A DNA stretch of 64,000 bases from Spirochaetia bacterium (GCA_965140585.1 OZ223269.1:352001-416000), one strand, 5' to 3'; positions 48,023 to 58,601 are shown, numbered from the stretch's first letter. Translations and numbers: made by a program. Notes: generated by a model from the sequence alone, not told the origin.

Positions 48023-48666
48023 AAAAGAAAAAACTTAATCCGCTGACCATTGCAGTAATTGTTCTATGGCTTATTGTCATTATCTTTGATCGGGAGCGTG
48101 CTCAGAGCGGTGGTTTGATACTTCTCTCATTTCTTAAAGAGATGGTTCAAATTCTTCCCTTTGTTTTGATACTCTCTGCTCTTGTAGGAGAGTGGATTCC
48201 TGCACAGACTGTTAAACGTCATCTTGGTGACGATTCAGGTATCAGAGGCGCGGTTTTTGCATACCTGTTGGGGAGTCTCTCAGCGGGGCCTGTGTATGCA
48301 GCATTTCCGGTATGTATTGCGCTTAAGAAGAAGGGTGCTTCGGTAGGTAATCTAACTATCCTGATCAGTTCCTGGGCTGTAATAAAAATCCCGATGCTTT
48401 TTATGGAATTGAAATCTCTGGGCCTTCAGTTTACTGCCCTTCGGTATGCTCTCACAGTTCCTGTAATTTTTATTCTCGGCCATATTATGAACCGTCTGGT
48501 TTCAAACTCTCAGATGACAGGAATTGTTGATCCAGAGCAGGGGAATGAAGCTTATTTGCCGGGAAAAAACTGCGGAAGCTGCGGTTTCGGAAGCTGTGAG
48601 GAGCTTTTTCAGGCGGTCAAAGGTGATAAGGTGATGTTTAAGAATAAATGCTGTTTTATGGACTGA
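48019..48666 (+). CDS. Predicted permease (DUF318/ArsP-like), subunit 2, with C-terminal Fe-S motif
   Basis: GSLSAGPVYAAFP...L.KKGA, SSWAVIKIP; C-terminal LPGKNCGSCGFGSC. Confidence 0.8.
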   Translation: MKKKKLNPLTIAVIVLWLIVIIFDRERAQSGGLILLSFLKEMVQILPFVLILSALVGEWIPAQTVKRHLGDDSGIRGAVFAYLLGSLSAGPVYAAFPVCIALKKKGASVGNLTILISSWAVIKIPMLFMELKSLGLQFTALRYALTVPVIFILGHIMNRLVSNSQMTGIVDPEQGNEAYLPGKNCGSCGFGSCEELFQAVKGDKVMFKNKCCFMD

Positions 48667-49717
48667 GCCTGTACAGATAGCAGAACCCGGGGCCTTCGGC
48701 ATCAGCACTGTTACGAAGATGAACTGAGTTGCCGAGGCAGTAATCCCATTCGTTGCAGTCGGTGCATATTCCGGTTTTTCTCCATGAAGGAGAACGGTAC
48801 ATCTTGAAATCATTCTCCCAGATTTCACTGAAATCACGGTCGGCTATGTTACCCTGGTAATAGGCCGGACCGTTGTTATTACAGCCGGTTACCGTACCGT
48901 CGCTGAGTATTGAGGCATAATTAATACCCGAGCGGCAGAAAAAAGGTTCATCCCTTACACTCCGGTCAAGTTTCCATGGCAGGTAGCCTTCGCAGCTGAA
49001 AGATACATTCAGTCCTTTTCTGCCCAGTTTCTTCCTGTTTTCCTTAATCCAGTTAACCAAAAATCCGCTTTGTTCAAAATCAAGGATCAGATCCGGATTC
49101 TGTACGGCTTTTCCCTTTGGAAAGATCCTGAACATCCTCCAGCTAGTCATTCCGTGTTCAATCAGAATATCAGCGGTCTCTCCCAGCTTTTTTAGATTGC
49201 CCGGATACACGCAGGTTACCGCATCCTTGAACTGCAGCTTTTTCCTGCTTATAAGATCCATAGCGCTTATAACCTTTGCATATGATGAAGGATTTTTACG
49301 GATGTAGTGGTGATTATCCTCAGGTCCGTCAAAGGAAAGTGTAATACTGTTCAGTCCGTCTGCACATAGTCTGTTCAGTTTATCAGAATCAAGTGTAAGG
49401 CCGTTGCTTACTATACCCCAAGTGGCTTTCTGCCGCTTCAGTTCGTCTGTTATATCAAATAAATCTGCACGTACAAGAGGCTCTCCGCCGGTAATTACAA
49501 AGGCCGGCCGGTATTTTTTCTGCATATAGCGGATAACAGACTTCCAGGTTTCCGCAGTCATCTCCCTCATTGTTGAGTCGCTTGAGCAGTCGGAACCGCA
49601 GTGCCTGCAGCTAAGGTTGCAACGTCTGGTGATTTCAAGAAAGAGATAGCGTAGATGGTGATCTTTTGTTTCCCGATCTGTATAGATGCGGTAGAATCTC
49701 TGTCTGACTGAACGCAT
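48656..49717 (-). CDS. Radical SAM/SPASM enzyme (rSAM/lipoprotein system, TIGR04133-like)
   Basis: EITRRCNLSCRHCGSDC, ITGGEP; SPASM FFCRSG..ASILSDG...GC...C..C..W..C.G...H. Confidence 0.88.
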   Translation of the reverse strand: MRSVRQRFYRIYTDRETKDHHLRYLFLEITRRCNLSCRHCGSDCSSDSTMREMTAETWKSVIRYMQKKYRPAFVITGGEPLVRADLFDITDELKRQKATWGIVSNGLTLDSDKLNRLCADGLNSITLSFDGPEDNHHYIRKNPSSYAKVISAMDLISRKKLQFKDAVTCVYPGNLKKLGETADILIEHGMTSWRMFRIFPKGKAVQNPDLILDFEQSGFLVNWIKENRKKLGRKGLNVSFSCEGYLPWKLDRSVRDEPFFCRSGINYASILSDGTVTGCNNNGPAYYQGNIADRDFSEIWENDFKMYRSPSWRKTGICTDCNEWDYCLGNSVHLRNSADAEGPGFCYLYRLSP

Positions 49718-49719
49718 TT

Positions 49720-50100
49720 TTATTCAGATTCAAGGCGAAGGACATCTATGCTGTCATCATCAGCGTCAATGGTTTTCACCGTAAGAGCCGGGTACATACC
49801 GTTTTCTGAATCGTCAACATCCTCGATTATGACATTGATTTCATCAGTATAAGATGTAAACAGGTTATATGAAATCATCCCATAAGAGTCTGTGTAGTCA
49901 AAGGATCCGTCTTCATCCTCATAACTGACTTTAAGTCCTTCAATGGGGTCTTCAGTATCTGAGTCAATTATCTGAAATGAGCCGGAACGGTCGTATACAG
50001 GCATTCCGTACATTGCGGCGTATGTCCCGTAGCAGGCTGCAAGAAGCATCGTTGCCGAACCCGTAGCAAGAAGTTTAAAAAACAGTGATAACTTTTTCAT
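49720..50100 (-). CDS. Small acidic lipoprotein partner of the rSAM enzyme (TIGR04134-like)
   Basis: Lipobox LAAC followed by YGTYAAMYGMP; PIEGLKV; 2 bp from the rSAM gene. Confidence 0.8.
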   Translation of the reverse strand: MKKLSLFFKLLATGSATMLLAACYGTYAAMYGMPVYDRSGSFQIIDSDTEDPIEGLKVSYEDEDGSFDYTDSYGMISYNLFTSYTDEINVIIEDVDDSENGMYPALTVKTIDADDDSIDVLRLESE

Positions 50101-50179
50101 ATGTTCATTTCCTTATTAAAGGCTGTTCTATAAGTATATCCGAAAATGAATTTTAGATAAACAATAATCAGTTTTTTCC

Positions 50180-50673
50180 AGTACCATTTGTCAGTGTACA
50201 TACTGCCCTGGCTGTGATATCCTCCTATGATCCACGGTCTGTTCTGATAGACTGTACCGCAATGGCCTATCCGGGCTTCCCAATGATTTTCGGTTTCATA
50301 TTCATTCCAGGTTTCTCCGTCAGGACTGGCCCAGACATCGCTGAAATAGGTTGTCGTCATATTTCCAAGAGAATAGCTTCCCAGGTCTCCGGCAATATAT
50401 ATTTACCATCAAAGGATGAGCATCCGAATGATTGTCTTTCATCCCATATTATTCCGGAAGACGGGACTGCCTCCGGCCGGTAGCTGCTGTCTGAACTATA
50501 CCAGACATAATTTAAATTTGTCGTGGAACCTGCTGCCTGTTGAATTAAGCTCCAGATTGCATGAAAAAGTATAACTGCTGTTATAATACCTGAAATATAA
50601 CCTGAGTATCCGGATAAAGTAAAATCATTAACAGTACTGAAAATAGAATTGAATTAACAGAATAATTTTTCAT
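50180..50673 (-). pseudogene. Fragmented Kelch/beta-propeller-like exported protein
   Basis: Fragments in different frames: NYVWYSSD, SDVWASPDGETW...WEARIGH....QNRPWIIGG; stops and frameshifts. Confidence 0.6.
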
Positions 50674-50911
50674 GCTTGTCTCTCGTGTTTCTGTCTCCGC
50701 CATTGTATTCCAGTCAATCGCGGTAGTAATGAAGAACACATTGAGGTACATCTTGATTAGCAGTGTATGTTTTTTTAAATCGACTGCTTTTTAGAAGAAA
50801 ATATCATAAATCAGTGTCCAGATATGAGAAAAATACAATTTTTTTATAATAGTATTTGCAATTAACCGTAAAGAGTCTTTAAAATAATATAGTTAAGAAT
50901 GTGTAAGTACT

Positions 50912-51709
50912 ATGAAAAAAATATTAGCGGTATTAGTTACATCCTTACTTATTCTCAGCTGCAGCAGTGAATCTCCTCTGCTTGGTACTCTTTATTTGAA
51001 TTTTGTATATGCCGAAGACGGTTCGACTCCTCTTTTCCCGGGAAGCGACAGCCGGACTTATCTTCTGAATTTCAATGAAGAGGAAGTTGAATTGACCGGA
51101 ACGAGTTATGTCATAAAGGATGTACCATACGGGACTTATGATCTGACTTGCACAGCTACCGACAGTACAGGTTATATCTGCGGTTCTCTTGAGACTGAGG
51201 TAGTTGTTGATTCAAAAAATGTCACTGTAAATCTTAGTTTAATATACATTGAGCCAGAAGCAGTACAGGAATATCCTGAAGTTACCATGGGCGGATTAAC
51301 ATCAGGCGATATTCAGCCTTCCGGGGGAACCAAATTTTCCTACAATTCAGCAATTTTCAGATTTAAATATCTTAATGATACTGTAGACGTGGAATTTCTG
51401 GATCATACAGATGATTCAGATGAAATCACTATAAAAATCAATTCAACAGTGTATTTCGGAAGCACAGATTTTCTGAATGACTGTAATTATGAGATTGATA
51501 TGATTTGGCTTGATTCATCAGATACAGAGCTTGAGGCCCAGATTTTCTCAGGTACTTTTTCTGCCGATACATGGGGCAAATCATCCACAAGTACTGGTGT
51601 ATATGATATCAAAGAAGACGATGACGAATATATAATCGGATTCAAATCTATACGCATCAGCATGCCGGACGGGCATCAGCTTGTCGATTGGACCAATGCC
51701 CTTTATTAA
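50912..51709 (+). CDS. Hypothetical lipoprotein
   Basis: MKK...LILSC lipobox; acidic, beta-rich. Confidence 0.75.
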   Translation: MKKILAVLVTSLLILSCSSESPLLGTLYLNFVYAEDGSTPLFPGSDSRTYLLNFNEEEVELTGTSYVIKDVPYGTYDLTCTATDSTGYICGSLETEVVVDSKNVTVNLSLIYIEPEAVQEYPEVTMGGLTSGDIQPSGGTKFSYNSAIFRFKYLNDTVDVEFLDHTDDSDEITIKINSTVYFGSTDFLNDCNYEIDMIWLDSSDTELEAQIFSGTFSADTWGKSSTSTGVYDIKEDDDEYIIGFKSIRISMPDGHQLVDWTNALY

Positions 51710-51715
51710 CCGCTT

Positions 51716-52888
51716 TTACTCCACGTAAACCGTCAGACACTTCAGGTAAACACCCTCAGGATGATTTATGCTCACAGGATGATCAAAGGCCTGTGAACGC
51801 ATTTCAATTATTCTGAGGTATCTTCCGGCATCCTTTGCCGCGTCATGAACAATCTTCTGAAAAAATCCTGCATCAATGTGCTGAGAACAGGAGCAGGTTA
51901 CAAGTATTCCACCGGGCGCAATTATCCGCAGAGCCTGCAGATTGATTTCCTTGTAGCCTCGTGCCGCTGATTTAATTGCATCACGGCTTTTTGCAAAGGC
52001 GGGAGGATCCAGTATAATCATATCAAAGTTTTCATCATGGAAGATTTTAAGCTTTTCAAAGACATCTCCGGTCAGATAGCGGTGATTCTCTGAATCAAAT
52101 CCGTTAAGTTTCATATTGGCTTCCGCAGCTCTCAGTGCATCTTCGGAGATATCAAGGCTGACGGTTGCTTCTGCTCCGCCGGCTGCAGCATATACTGTGA
52201 ATCCGCCAGTGTAGGAGCATGCATTAAGGACCTTCCTGCCTTCTGACAGTTTCTTTACAAAATTACGGTTTTCACGCTGGTCAAGGAAGAACCCTGTTTT
52301 CTGCCCGGTCCGGACGTTGACCATGAATTTATAGCCGTTTTCAGTGATGGTAATCTGTTCCGGAATTTCTCCGGAGTATACTGCCTCGTACAGGGGGAGT
52401 TTCTCATGCTTTCTTGACAGCAGATCGTTTTTCTCATAGATTCCGGAAGCGCCTGTCTTTTCCAGAAGGATTTTAAAAATCTCATCCTTGACCTTTTCCA
52501 TTCCGCTTGTAGAAACCTGTACCGCAAGATAATCACCGTATTTATCAACTGTGAGTCCGGGCATCATATCGCCCTCACCATGAATTATCCGGTATGAATC
52601 TGTTTCGTCGCCGATCAGGTGTTTGCGCAGCTTTAATGCACTGTCTATACGTTTCTCCCAGAAGGCGCTGTCAATTGCTTCCTCGTTAAACGACAGAAAG
52701 CGCACAACCAGAGAGTTGCCCGGGTTGATAAAACCGGTACCGACAAAATTATTTCTGCTGTCATACACAGCTGCAATGTCCCCCTTCTGAGGTGATCCGG
52801 TGATCTCATGAACAGCACCGGAAAACAGCCATGGATGGTGGTTCAGGACAGATTTTTCTCTGCCTTTTTTTAGTACCAGTTTTATCAT
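51716..52888 (-). CDS. rlmI: RlmI-like 23S rRNA m5C methyltransferase
   Basis: PUA domain HPWLF, GEGD..PGL.VD, GQKTGFFLDQR, DPPAF, TCSCS. Confidence 0.9.
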   Translation of the reverse strand: MIKLVLKKGREKSVLNHHPWLFSGAVHEITGSPQKGDIAAVYDSRNNFVGTGFINPGNSLVVRFLSFNEEAIDSAFWEKRIDSALKLRKHLIGDETDSYRIIHGEGDMMPGLTVDKYGDYLAVQVSTSGMEKVKDEIFKILLEKTGASGIYEKNDLLSRKHEKLPLYEAVYSGEIPEQITITENGYKFMVNVRTGQKTGFFLDQRENRNFVKKLSEGRKVLNACSYTGGFTVYAAAGGAEATVSLDISEDALRAAEANMKLNGFDSENHRYLTGDVFEKLKIFHDENFDMIILDPPAFAKSRDAIKSAARGYKEINLQALRIIAPGGILVTCSCSQHIDAGFFQKIVHDAAKDAGRYLRIIEMRSQAFDHPVSINHPEGVYLKCLTVYVE

Positions 52889-52910
52889 CAGTTTATATTT
52901 TCTCCAAAGT

Positions 52911-53525
52911 TTAATAACCGGCTATATAAGGAAGCTCGGACGCACGTTTTTCGATAAGCTCCATATTTACAAGCAGTGATGCTGTTGAATCCCAGCTGCC
53001 TTCAAGAAAGGTGGATCTCGCCGCAGGCTGCATTCCTGTTTTGATCTTCAAATCTCCTGCTGTAATTTCCATATTCTGCAGATCAATTGTGATTGAAGCC
53101 TCAGGATTAGATTCTGAAATCTTCATCAGCTTTTCAATATCCTCTGCAGAGGCTGTCACTGCAGGAATTCCCATGGAACCGCAGTTGCCTGCAAATATCT
53201 CGGCATAGGATTCGCCGACAACGGCCTTTATTCCCCAGCGGTTGAGTGCCTGCGGGGCGTGCTCACGGGATGAACCGCAGCCGAAGTTTTTATTCACTAT
53301 AAGTATTTCGGCACCGGCATACGCTTCTTCTTTGAAGGGGTGCTTCTTTTTATTGCCTTCCTGATCAAAACGCTCATCCTGAAAGGCAAATTCACCGAGT
53401 CCGTCAAAGGTTACAACCTTCATGAAACGCGCAGGGATGATCCGGTCGGTGTCGATATCGTTGCCTCTGACTGTAACGGTTTTTCCGCTCAATTTTTTTA
53501 CTACCATTGCTTCGTTAACCATCAT
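52911..53525 (-). CDS. leuD: 3-isopropylmalate dehydratase small subunit
   Basis: DIDTDRIIPARF, NFGCGSSREHA; start moved to the ATG behind AAGGGG. Confidence 0.95.
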   Translation of the reverse strand: MMVNEAMVVKKLSGKTVTVRGNDIDTDRIIPARFMKVVTFDGLGEFAFQDERFDQEGNKKKHPFKEEAYAGAEILIVNKNFGCGSSREHAPQALNRWGIKAVVGESYAEIFAGNCGSMGIPAVTASAEDIEKLMKISESNPEASITIDLQNMEITAGDLKIKTGMQPAARSTFLEGSWDSTASLLVNMELIEKRASELPYIAGY

Positions 53526-53532
53526 CTTCCCC

Positions 53533-54933
53533 TTATTTATATTCTCTGATATCAGTAACTTTTCCATTGAGCGCTGCAGCTGCTACCATTGCAGGACTCA
53601 TAAGCAGAGTTCTTCCGGTAGGTGAGCCCTGGCGGCCGATGAAGTTACGGTTGGATGATGAAGCCGACAGCTGGCGTCCGGAAAGTTTGTCGGCATTCAT
53701 TGCCAGGCACATGGAACATCCGGCATTTCTCCACTGAAATCCAGCCTCGGAAAAGATCCGGTCAAGGCCCTCAGCTTCCGCCTGCCTTGCAACCTGTTTG
53801 GAGCCTGGAACAACAAGCGCCTTTACATCGGAATTGACCCGCTTTCCCTTTACAACCGAGGCTGCTTCACGGAGATCGGATATTCGTCCGTTTGTACAGG
53901 AGCCAATAAAAGCTACATCTATCTTCTTTCCGAGTATCTGCTCGTTCTCTTTAAAGTCCATGTGAGCATAAGCCTGCCTTGCTGTATCACGCTCTTCAGG
54001 AGAGAATGAATCAAGTGCCGGCATCTTTTCATCAACTTCAACACTCTGTCCGGGATTTATTCCCCAGGTAACCATCGGGCCAAGGTTTGATACATCAAGA
54101 TCCCAGCGTTCGTCATATTCTGCATCGGCATCAGATTTCAGGCTGTCCCAGTAAGCTTCTGCTTTTTCATAGCTTGCAGCGTCCGGAGCATATTTTCTGC
54201 CTTTAAGGTATTCATAGGTAATGCTGTCAGGATTGACATAGCCGGCTCTGGCCCCGCCTTCAATACTCATGTTGCATATTGTCATTCTCTCTTCCATGCT
54301 TAACGCGTGGATTGCAGGACCGCCGTACTCGTAGGCAAGTCCAAGCCCGCCCTTAACACCAAGCTCTCTGATTATTTTAAGGATAATGTCTTTTGCATAA
54401 ACACCGTCTTTCAGTTTGCCGTCAACATAGATAAGTTTTACTCCCGGACGTGTGATAGCCATTGTCTGCGTTGCAAGGATGTCGCGTATCTGAGAGGTCC
54501 CTACTCCGAAAGCGATTGCACCGAAGGCTCCGTGAGTTGATGTATGCGAATCTCCGCAGGCTATAGTCATTCCCGGCTGTGTAAGTCCAAGTTCGGGTCC
54601 TATAATGTGTACAATTCCCTGATTCTCTGTAGTCGGGGAGAAAAACTGTATTCCTGCATCCTTTGTGTTTTTTTCAAGCGCCTGCATCATTTTTTCTGCA
54701 AGTTCATCTGCAAAGGGCCTTGCCTGACTGTCGGTCGGAACGATGTGGTCGACTGTAGCGAAAGTTCTGTTCGGATATTTTACCTTCAGGCCCCTTTCTT
54801 CGAGCATTGCAAAAGCCTGCGGTGAGGTTACCTCATGAATAAGGTGAAGTCCTATAAACAGCTGATCCATTCCTGAATCGAGAGTCTTTATTTTATGCAG
54901 GTCCCATACTTTATTGAAAAGGTTTTTTCCCAT
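53533..54933 (-). CDS. leuC: 3-isopropylmalate dehydratase large subunit
   Basis: [41 protein letters not shown]. Confidence 0.97.
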   Translation of the reverse strand: MGKNLFNKVWDLHKIKTLDSGMDQLFIGLHLIHEVTSPQAFAMLEERGLKVKYPNRTFATVDHIVPTDSQARPFADELAEKMMQALEKNTKDAGIQFFSPTTENQGIVHIIGPELGLTQPGMTIACGDSHTSTHGAFGAIAFGVGTSQIRDILATQTMAITRPGVKLIYVDGKLKDGVYAKDIILKIIRELGVKGGLGLAYEYGGPAIHALSMEERMTICNMSIEGGARAGYVNPDSITYEYLKGRKYAPDAASYEKAEAYWDSLKSDADAEYDERWDLDVSNLGPMVTWGINPGQSVEVDEKMPALDSFSPEERDTARQAYAHMDFKENEQILGKKIDVAFIGSCTNGRISDLREAASVVKGKRVNSDVKALVVPGSKQVARQAEAEGLDRIFSEAGFQWRNAGCSMCLAMNADKLSGRQLSASSSNRNFIGRQGSPTGRTLLMSPAMVAAAALNGKVTDIREYK

Positions 54934-55025
54934 CTGTTTTCTCCATAAAAAGATTGTTCTTAAAAGATTATAAAATATATATGATATTGCAAGTAAAAAG
55001 AACTACATTCATACTAACTATTGTA

Positions 55026-56189
55026 ATGAAACCGGAGTCCAATTTGAATAAAGATATTGAAATTACTTTTGTTTTAAGAGGCATTCTTCCAGTTTTAACT
55101 GCGTTAATTCTCACTTTAAGTCTTTCCTGTACAACACAGGAATTCCCTTTTGAAGACTATGATTATACCCTTGATTCTCTTGAAATCGGAATCGCTTTCC
55201 CGAGTGTAAGAACACCATCGGAGCTGAGTGAAACCATAACTGCTATGACCGACCTGGGGACGGACTGGGCCCGAATAGGCTTTGACTGGTCTTTCAGAGA
55301 ACCATCGGAGGATACCTATTCATGGGATGCGCTTGCAAACAGGCTGAATGCCTTTGCCGACGCCGGCATCAAGGTACTGCTTACAGTGGAGACCCATTCC
55401 TGGCCTGACTGGCTGCCTGTTGACGCCGAACATGACGACAGTGTGACTCTTGCCCAGTTCCGGGAGCTAATGGCTGATTTTCTTACAGCGTACGGGGATA
55501 AGGTTGCCCGGATTCAGCTTGGTAATGAATGGAACTGGGAAATCGATGATTATCTAAACGGTTCTGAAGAGGCTTTTATTTCATACACGAATATTCTATC
55601 AGAGGAAGTAACAAATTACCGTACTGCAAACAGCAGTTCGACACCGACTTTAGTTCTCGGAAGTTTTTCAGCAAGACATATGCTTGCCTATGATCAGGGA
55701 CTTGCAACCGAGGTAACTATTGAGGGGCAGTCTGTTTTTGAAGATCAGGTAGCCGAGTATGCCGCTCTGCCTGCCAGTGAAAGGATGACCGTCCGGGTTG
55801 AGAATATTCTTTCAAACACGAATGTCGAAATGCTTGATATTCATTTCTATGATGACAATGATGACTGGTCAAAGCATATGCAGGCTTTCAGAACAGCAGC
55901 TCAGAATTCAGGACTTGATTACAGCATTCCTGTAATCGTTAGTGAATTCGGAGGCCCCTGGCCAGAAAGACTCTATGATGAACTGGGCCGGCCTTCCGAA
56001 TACGATCTGGCAAGCAGGCTTCCGGGCTACATGCATACCCTTGATTCTCTTGATGTTGAAGAGGTGTATTTCTTCAAACTGAAGGAGGGCAGCACTGACA
56101 TCCAGCATCCGGATTCATACCTGCTTGACAGCAGCGGTAATAAAGCCTTCGCCTACGGAGTTATAAAGCGTTTTTTATCCATGAATTGA
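55026..56189 (+). CDS. Clan GH-A glycoside hydrolase-like lipoprotein
   Basis: LSLSC lipobox; FDWS..EP, GNEWN acid/base, IH.Y, VSEFG nucleophile; start uncertain. Confidence 0.7.
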   Translation: MKPESNLNKDIEITFVLRGILPVLTALILTLSLSCTTQEFPFEDYDYTLDSLEIGIAFPSVRTPSELSETITAMTDLGTDWARIGFDWSFREPSEDTYSWDALANRLNAFADAGIKVLLTVETHSWPDWLPVDAEHDDSVTLAQFRELMADFLTAYGDKVARIQLGNEWNWEIDDYLNGSEEAFISYTNILSEEVTNYRTANSSSTPTLVLGSFSARHMLAYDQGLATEVTIEGQSVFEDQVAEYAALPASERMTVRVENILSNTNVEMLDIHFYDDNDDWSKHMQAFRTAAQNSGLDYSIPVIVSEFGGPWPERLYDELGRPSEYDLASRLPGYMHTLDSLDVEEVYFFKLKEGSTDIQHPDSYLLDSSGNKAFAYGVIKRFLSMN

Positions 56190-57555
56190 TATATTCCAGG
56201 ACTTCAGGCGCAATAGTCTCTTCAATGCTTCCGTACTCCGAAGGAAGTCCCTTAACAGCGGTCTGAAAAAGATGGTTCAGGCCGTCAAATTCCTTAATTG
56301 TAAAATCGGATTTTCCGGACTTTGCAAGAATCCTGCTTATAGCCGTCAGGTTTTCATCTGCCGGCACCTGAAGATCAAGTGAACCGTTAACTGCCAGTAC
56401 CGGGATACTCAGTCTGATTAATTCCTGTTCAGGATTGTAGGCGGTAAAATATTTAAACCATGGTGAAGTCAGCTGCTGCATCTGCTGTTCTGCCTGATCT
56501 TCTGACAGTCCCGCAGACTGAAGCAGAGGAATAATCTGATTTTTAATTATTTCATCATCTGTTTCATTCAGCAGAATGTCGTAAACCTTCCTGTTGATTT
56601 CTGAAGTCTGTTTAATTGCCGCTTCCGAGGCACCGGCCGCCTTCATGATTGCCTCCGACTGACTCATCAAAAGCTCATCGCCTGGTACACCGGGGCCGGC
56701 AAGCAGTATGACAAAATCAACCAGTTCATTGCTGTTGGCAGTAATCGGGGCAATTAAACCGCCTTCACTGTGTCCGGCCAGTCCGATTCTCTTAACCTGA
56801 ACAAAATCCTGCTGAGCCATGAAATTTACCGCTGCATCTGCATCAGTAGCCAAATCTGCACTTGTTGCATCAACCGCATCACCGGTGGATTCCCCGTATC
56901 CCCGATCGTCATACCGCAGAACAGCTATTCCCTGTCTGGTAAGATAGTCGGAAATCACAAGGAAGGGACGGTGGTTCATAAGTTCCTCATTGCGGTCCTG
57001 ACTTCCCGAACCTGAAATCAGAATGACTGCAAAGTCTGCCGTACCGGAATTCGGGTAGGTAAGTGTCCCTGCAAGAACAGCCTCCTGTTTCATATTTTGG
57101 AAAGTAACATCAACTGATTTATATGGATAGGGTTCTGCCGGATCCTGAGGTCTCCTGGGTGCGGTAAGAGCAGATTTTCTACGCTGTAGTGTAAGATCGT
57201 ACTTTCCGGGGCCTTGCTTCCATGAGCCTTCAAGGGTATCGTTTCCAGTCAGTGATGCTGTATAAACTGCGTTTATAGATTTAAAGTTAATTTTCAATTC
57301 AGTCTCAGTGAGAGTGACCTCCTCTGCTTTTATTCCGTTTACACCCTGGGTTACGCTGTCCATTACTGCAGTAACCTCACCCTTGTCATTTTTGATGTGG
57401 AAAGCCAGCTCAAGATCCTGTCCGCCCGCCTTCATTGTCCCGGACCATTCACCTGCTATTGTATTAGCATCTACAGGCATTGATGCCTGCTCTTTTTTTG
57501 CAGTACATGAGAGCAGCAAAGCTGCAGATAAAATTATGAGTAAAGCTTTTTTCAT
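56161..57555 (-). CDS. Alpha/beta hydrolase lipoprotein
   Basis: LLSC lipobox; GSG.QDR.E, LRYDDRG.G.S, GHSEGG, D.QV, NHLFQ. Confidence 0.9.
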   Translation of the reverse strand: MKKALLIILSAALLLSCTAKKEQASMPVDANTIAGEWSGTMKAGGQDLELAFHIKNDKGEVTAVMDSVTQGVNGIKAEEVTLTETELKINFKSINAVYTASLTGNDTLEGSWKQGPGKYDLTLQRRKSALTAPRRPQDPAEPYPYKSVDVTFQNMKQEAVLAGTLTYPNSGTADFAVILISGSGSQDRNEELMNHRPFLVISDYLTRQGIAVLRYDDRGYGESTGDAVDATSADLATDADAAVNFMAQQDFVQVKRIGLAGHSEGGLIAPITANSNELVDFVILLAGPGVPGDELLMSQSEAIMKAAGASEAAIKQTSEINRKVYDILLNETDDEIIKNQIIPLLQSAGLSEDQAEQQMQQLTSPWFKYFTAYNPEQELIRLSIPVLAVNGSLDLQVPADENLTAISRILAKSGKSDFTIKEFDGLNHLFQTAVKGLPSEYGSIEETIAPEVLEYINSWIKNAL

Positions 57556-57614
57556 AATAATCTCCCTATCATCATCTACAGGTTTTGACTGCGTATATTC
57601 GGTTGTTTAGTGAT

Positions 57615-58433
57615 TTAATTGAGCATCGCCTGAATCTTTTTGATTGTGAGCGGAGCGCAGCCTTCATAATGATTATTTACGTTTATACTCAGTATCTTTC
57701 CTCCGGAATAGAGATCCTGCGTCATCTGTATAATATTTATAAGCTCTTCTTTCGGCTGTACGATCCTGTCCCAGGTATTGTTAGTCAGCAGCTCGATAGC
57801 CCGTCGTTCGCCGCCTAACAGCCTGATAATAGTATGCGGGGCGAGAAGACTTCCGAATCTTTTGTATACTTCGGTAATCGGAGGCATGTATATCTTCTCT
57901 GAGAAGACATGCCCGATATTATTTTCACGCAGGAAGCTGAAATATTCACTGGAAAGGTAATTAGGATTTCTTATTTCGAAGGCAACAGGTATATCCCTGG
58001 GAATCTGCCTGATAAAAGCCTCTGCTTTCTTTATAAATATCCCGGAAGAACCCATCTTCTGCTTATTGAGGTATTCAAACTCAAACATTATGCACCCCAG
58101 TTTACTGTGAACAGGTTCGGTACTTTTCAGGAAATCGATGAACAGTTCAGGGGATAGAAATTCGGGGTTTTCCTCGGGCGGACGGTTTTTAGATCCCCTT
58201 AGATGTGTGAGCGTCAGCCTGTTGGTGACCTTGCATGTGAATTGAAAATCTTCACCGACTTTTGAAGTATAATCTTCCGCCTCGGCCGGGTCGGGGATTT
58301 TATAAAACCAGCTGTCAATTTCAACTGTGTTATAGTGCTTTGAATACTCAGGAAGGTAGTCTGCAGCCCTGCTCATCCTGCTGCTGTACACAATGCCTGA
58401 CCATGAAGGGTAATTCCATGAACATGTTCCCAA
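57615..58433 (-). CDS. DUF72 family protein
   Basis: GTCSW.Y..W, TVEIDSWFY, FEIRN, NNHYEG. Confidence 0.88.
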   Translation of the reverse strand: MGTCSWNYPSWSGIVYSSRMSRAADYLPEYSKHYNTVEIDSWFYKIPDPAEAEDYTSKVGEDFQFTCKVTNRLTLTHLRGSKNRPPEENPEFLSPELFIDFLKSTEPVHSKLGCIMFEFEYLNKQKMGSSGIFIKKAEAFIRQIPRDIPVAFEIRNPNYLSSEYFSFLRENNIGHVFSEKIYMPPITEVYKRFGSLLAPHTIIRLLGGERRAIELLTNNTWDRIVQPKEELINIIQMTQDLYSGGKILSINVNNHYEGCAPLTIKKIQAMLN

Positions 58434-58530
58434 TCTTACTTTAATACTTATCCTCTGCTATAAATATATTTCAATTGATGTGGCAAAGTAAAATATTTCT
58501 TGCATTATTCAATTGCGTATTGTAATGTAA

Positions 58531-58569
58531 GTAGCCGACTGTATGGTCAGTAACCGACTCTTGGGTCAG
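58531..58569 (+). promoter_or_regulatory. Tandem operator-like repeats upstream of the ABC/paaK operon
   Basis: GTAGCCGACTGTATGGTCAG and GTAACCGACTCTTGGGTCAG, 19-bp period. Confidence 0.6.
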
Positions 58570-58601
58570 TTTAGGTCTGTGCAGTCATTCTGGAGGAGAA
58601 G

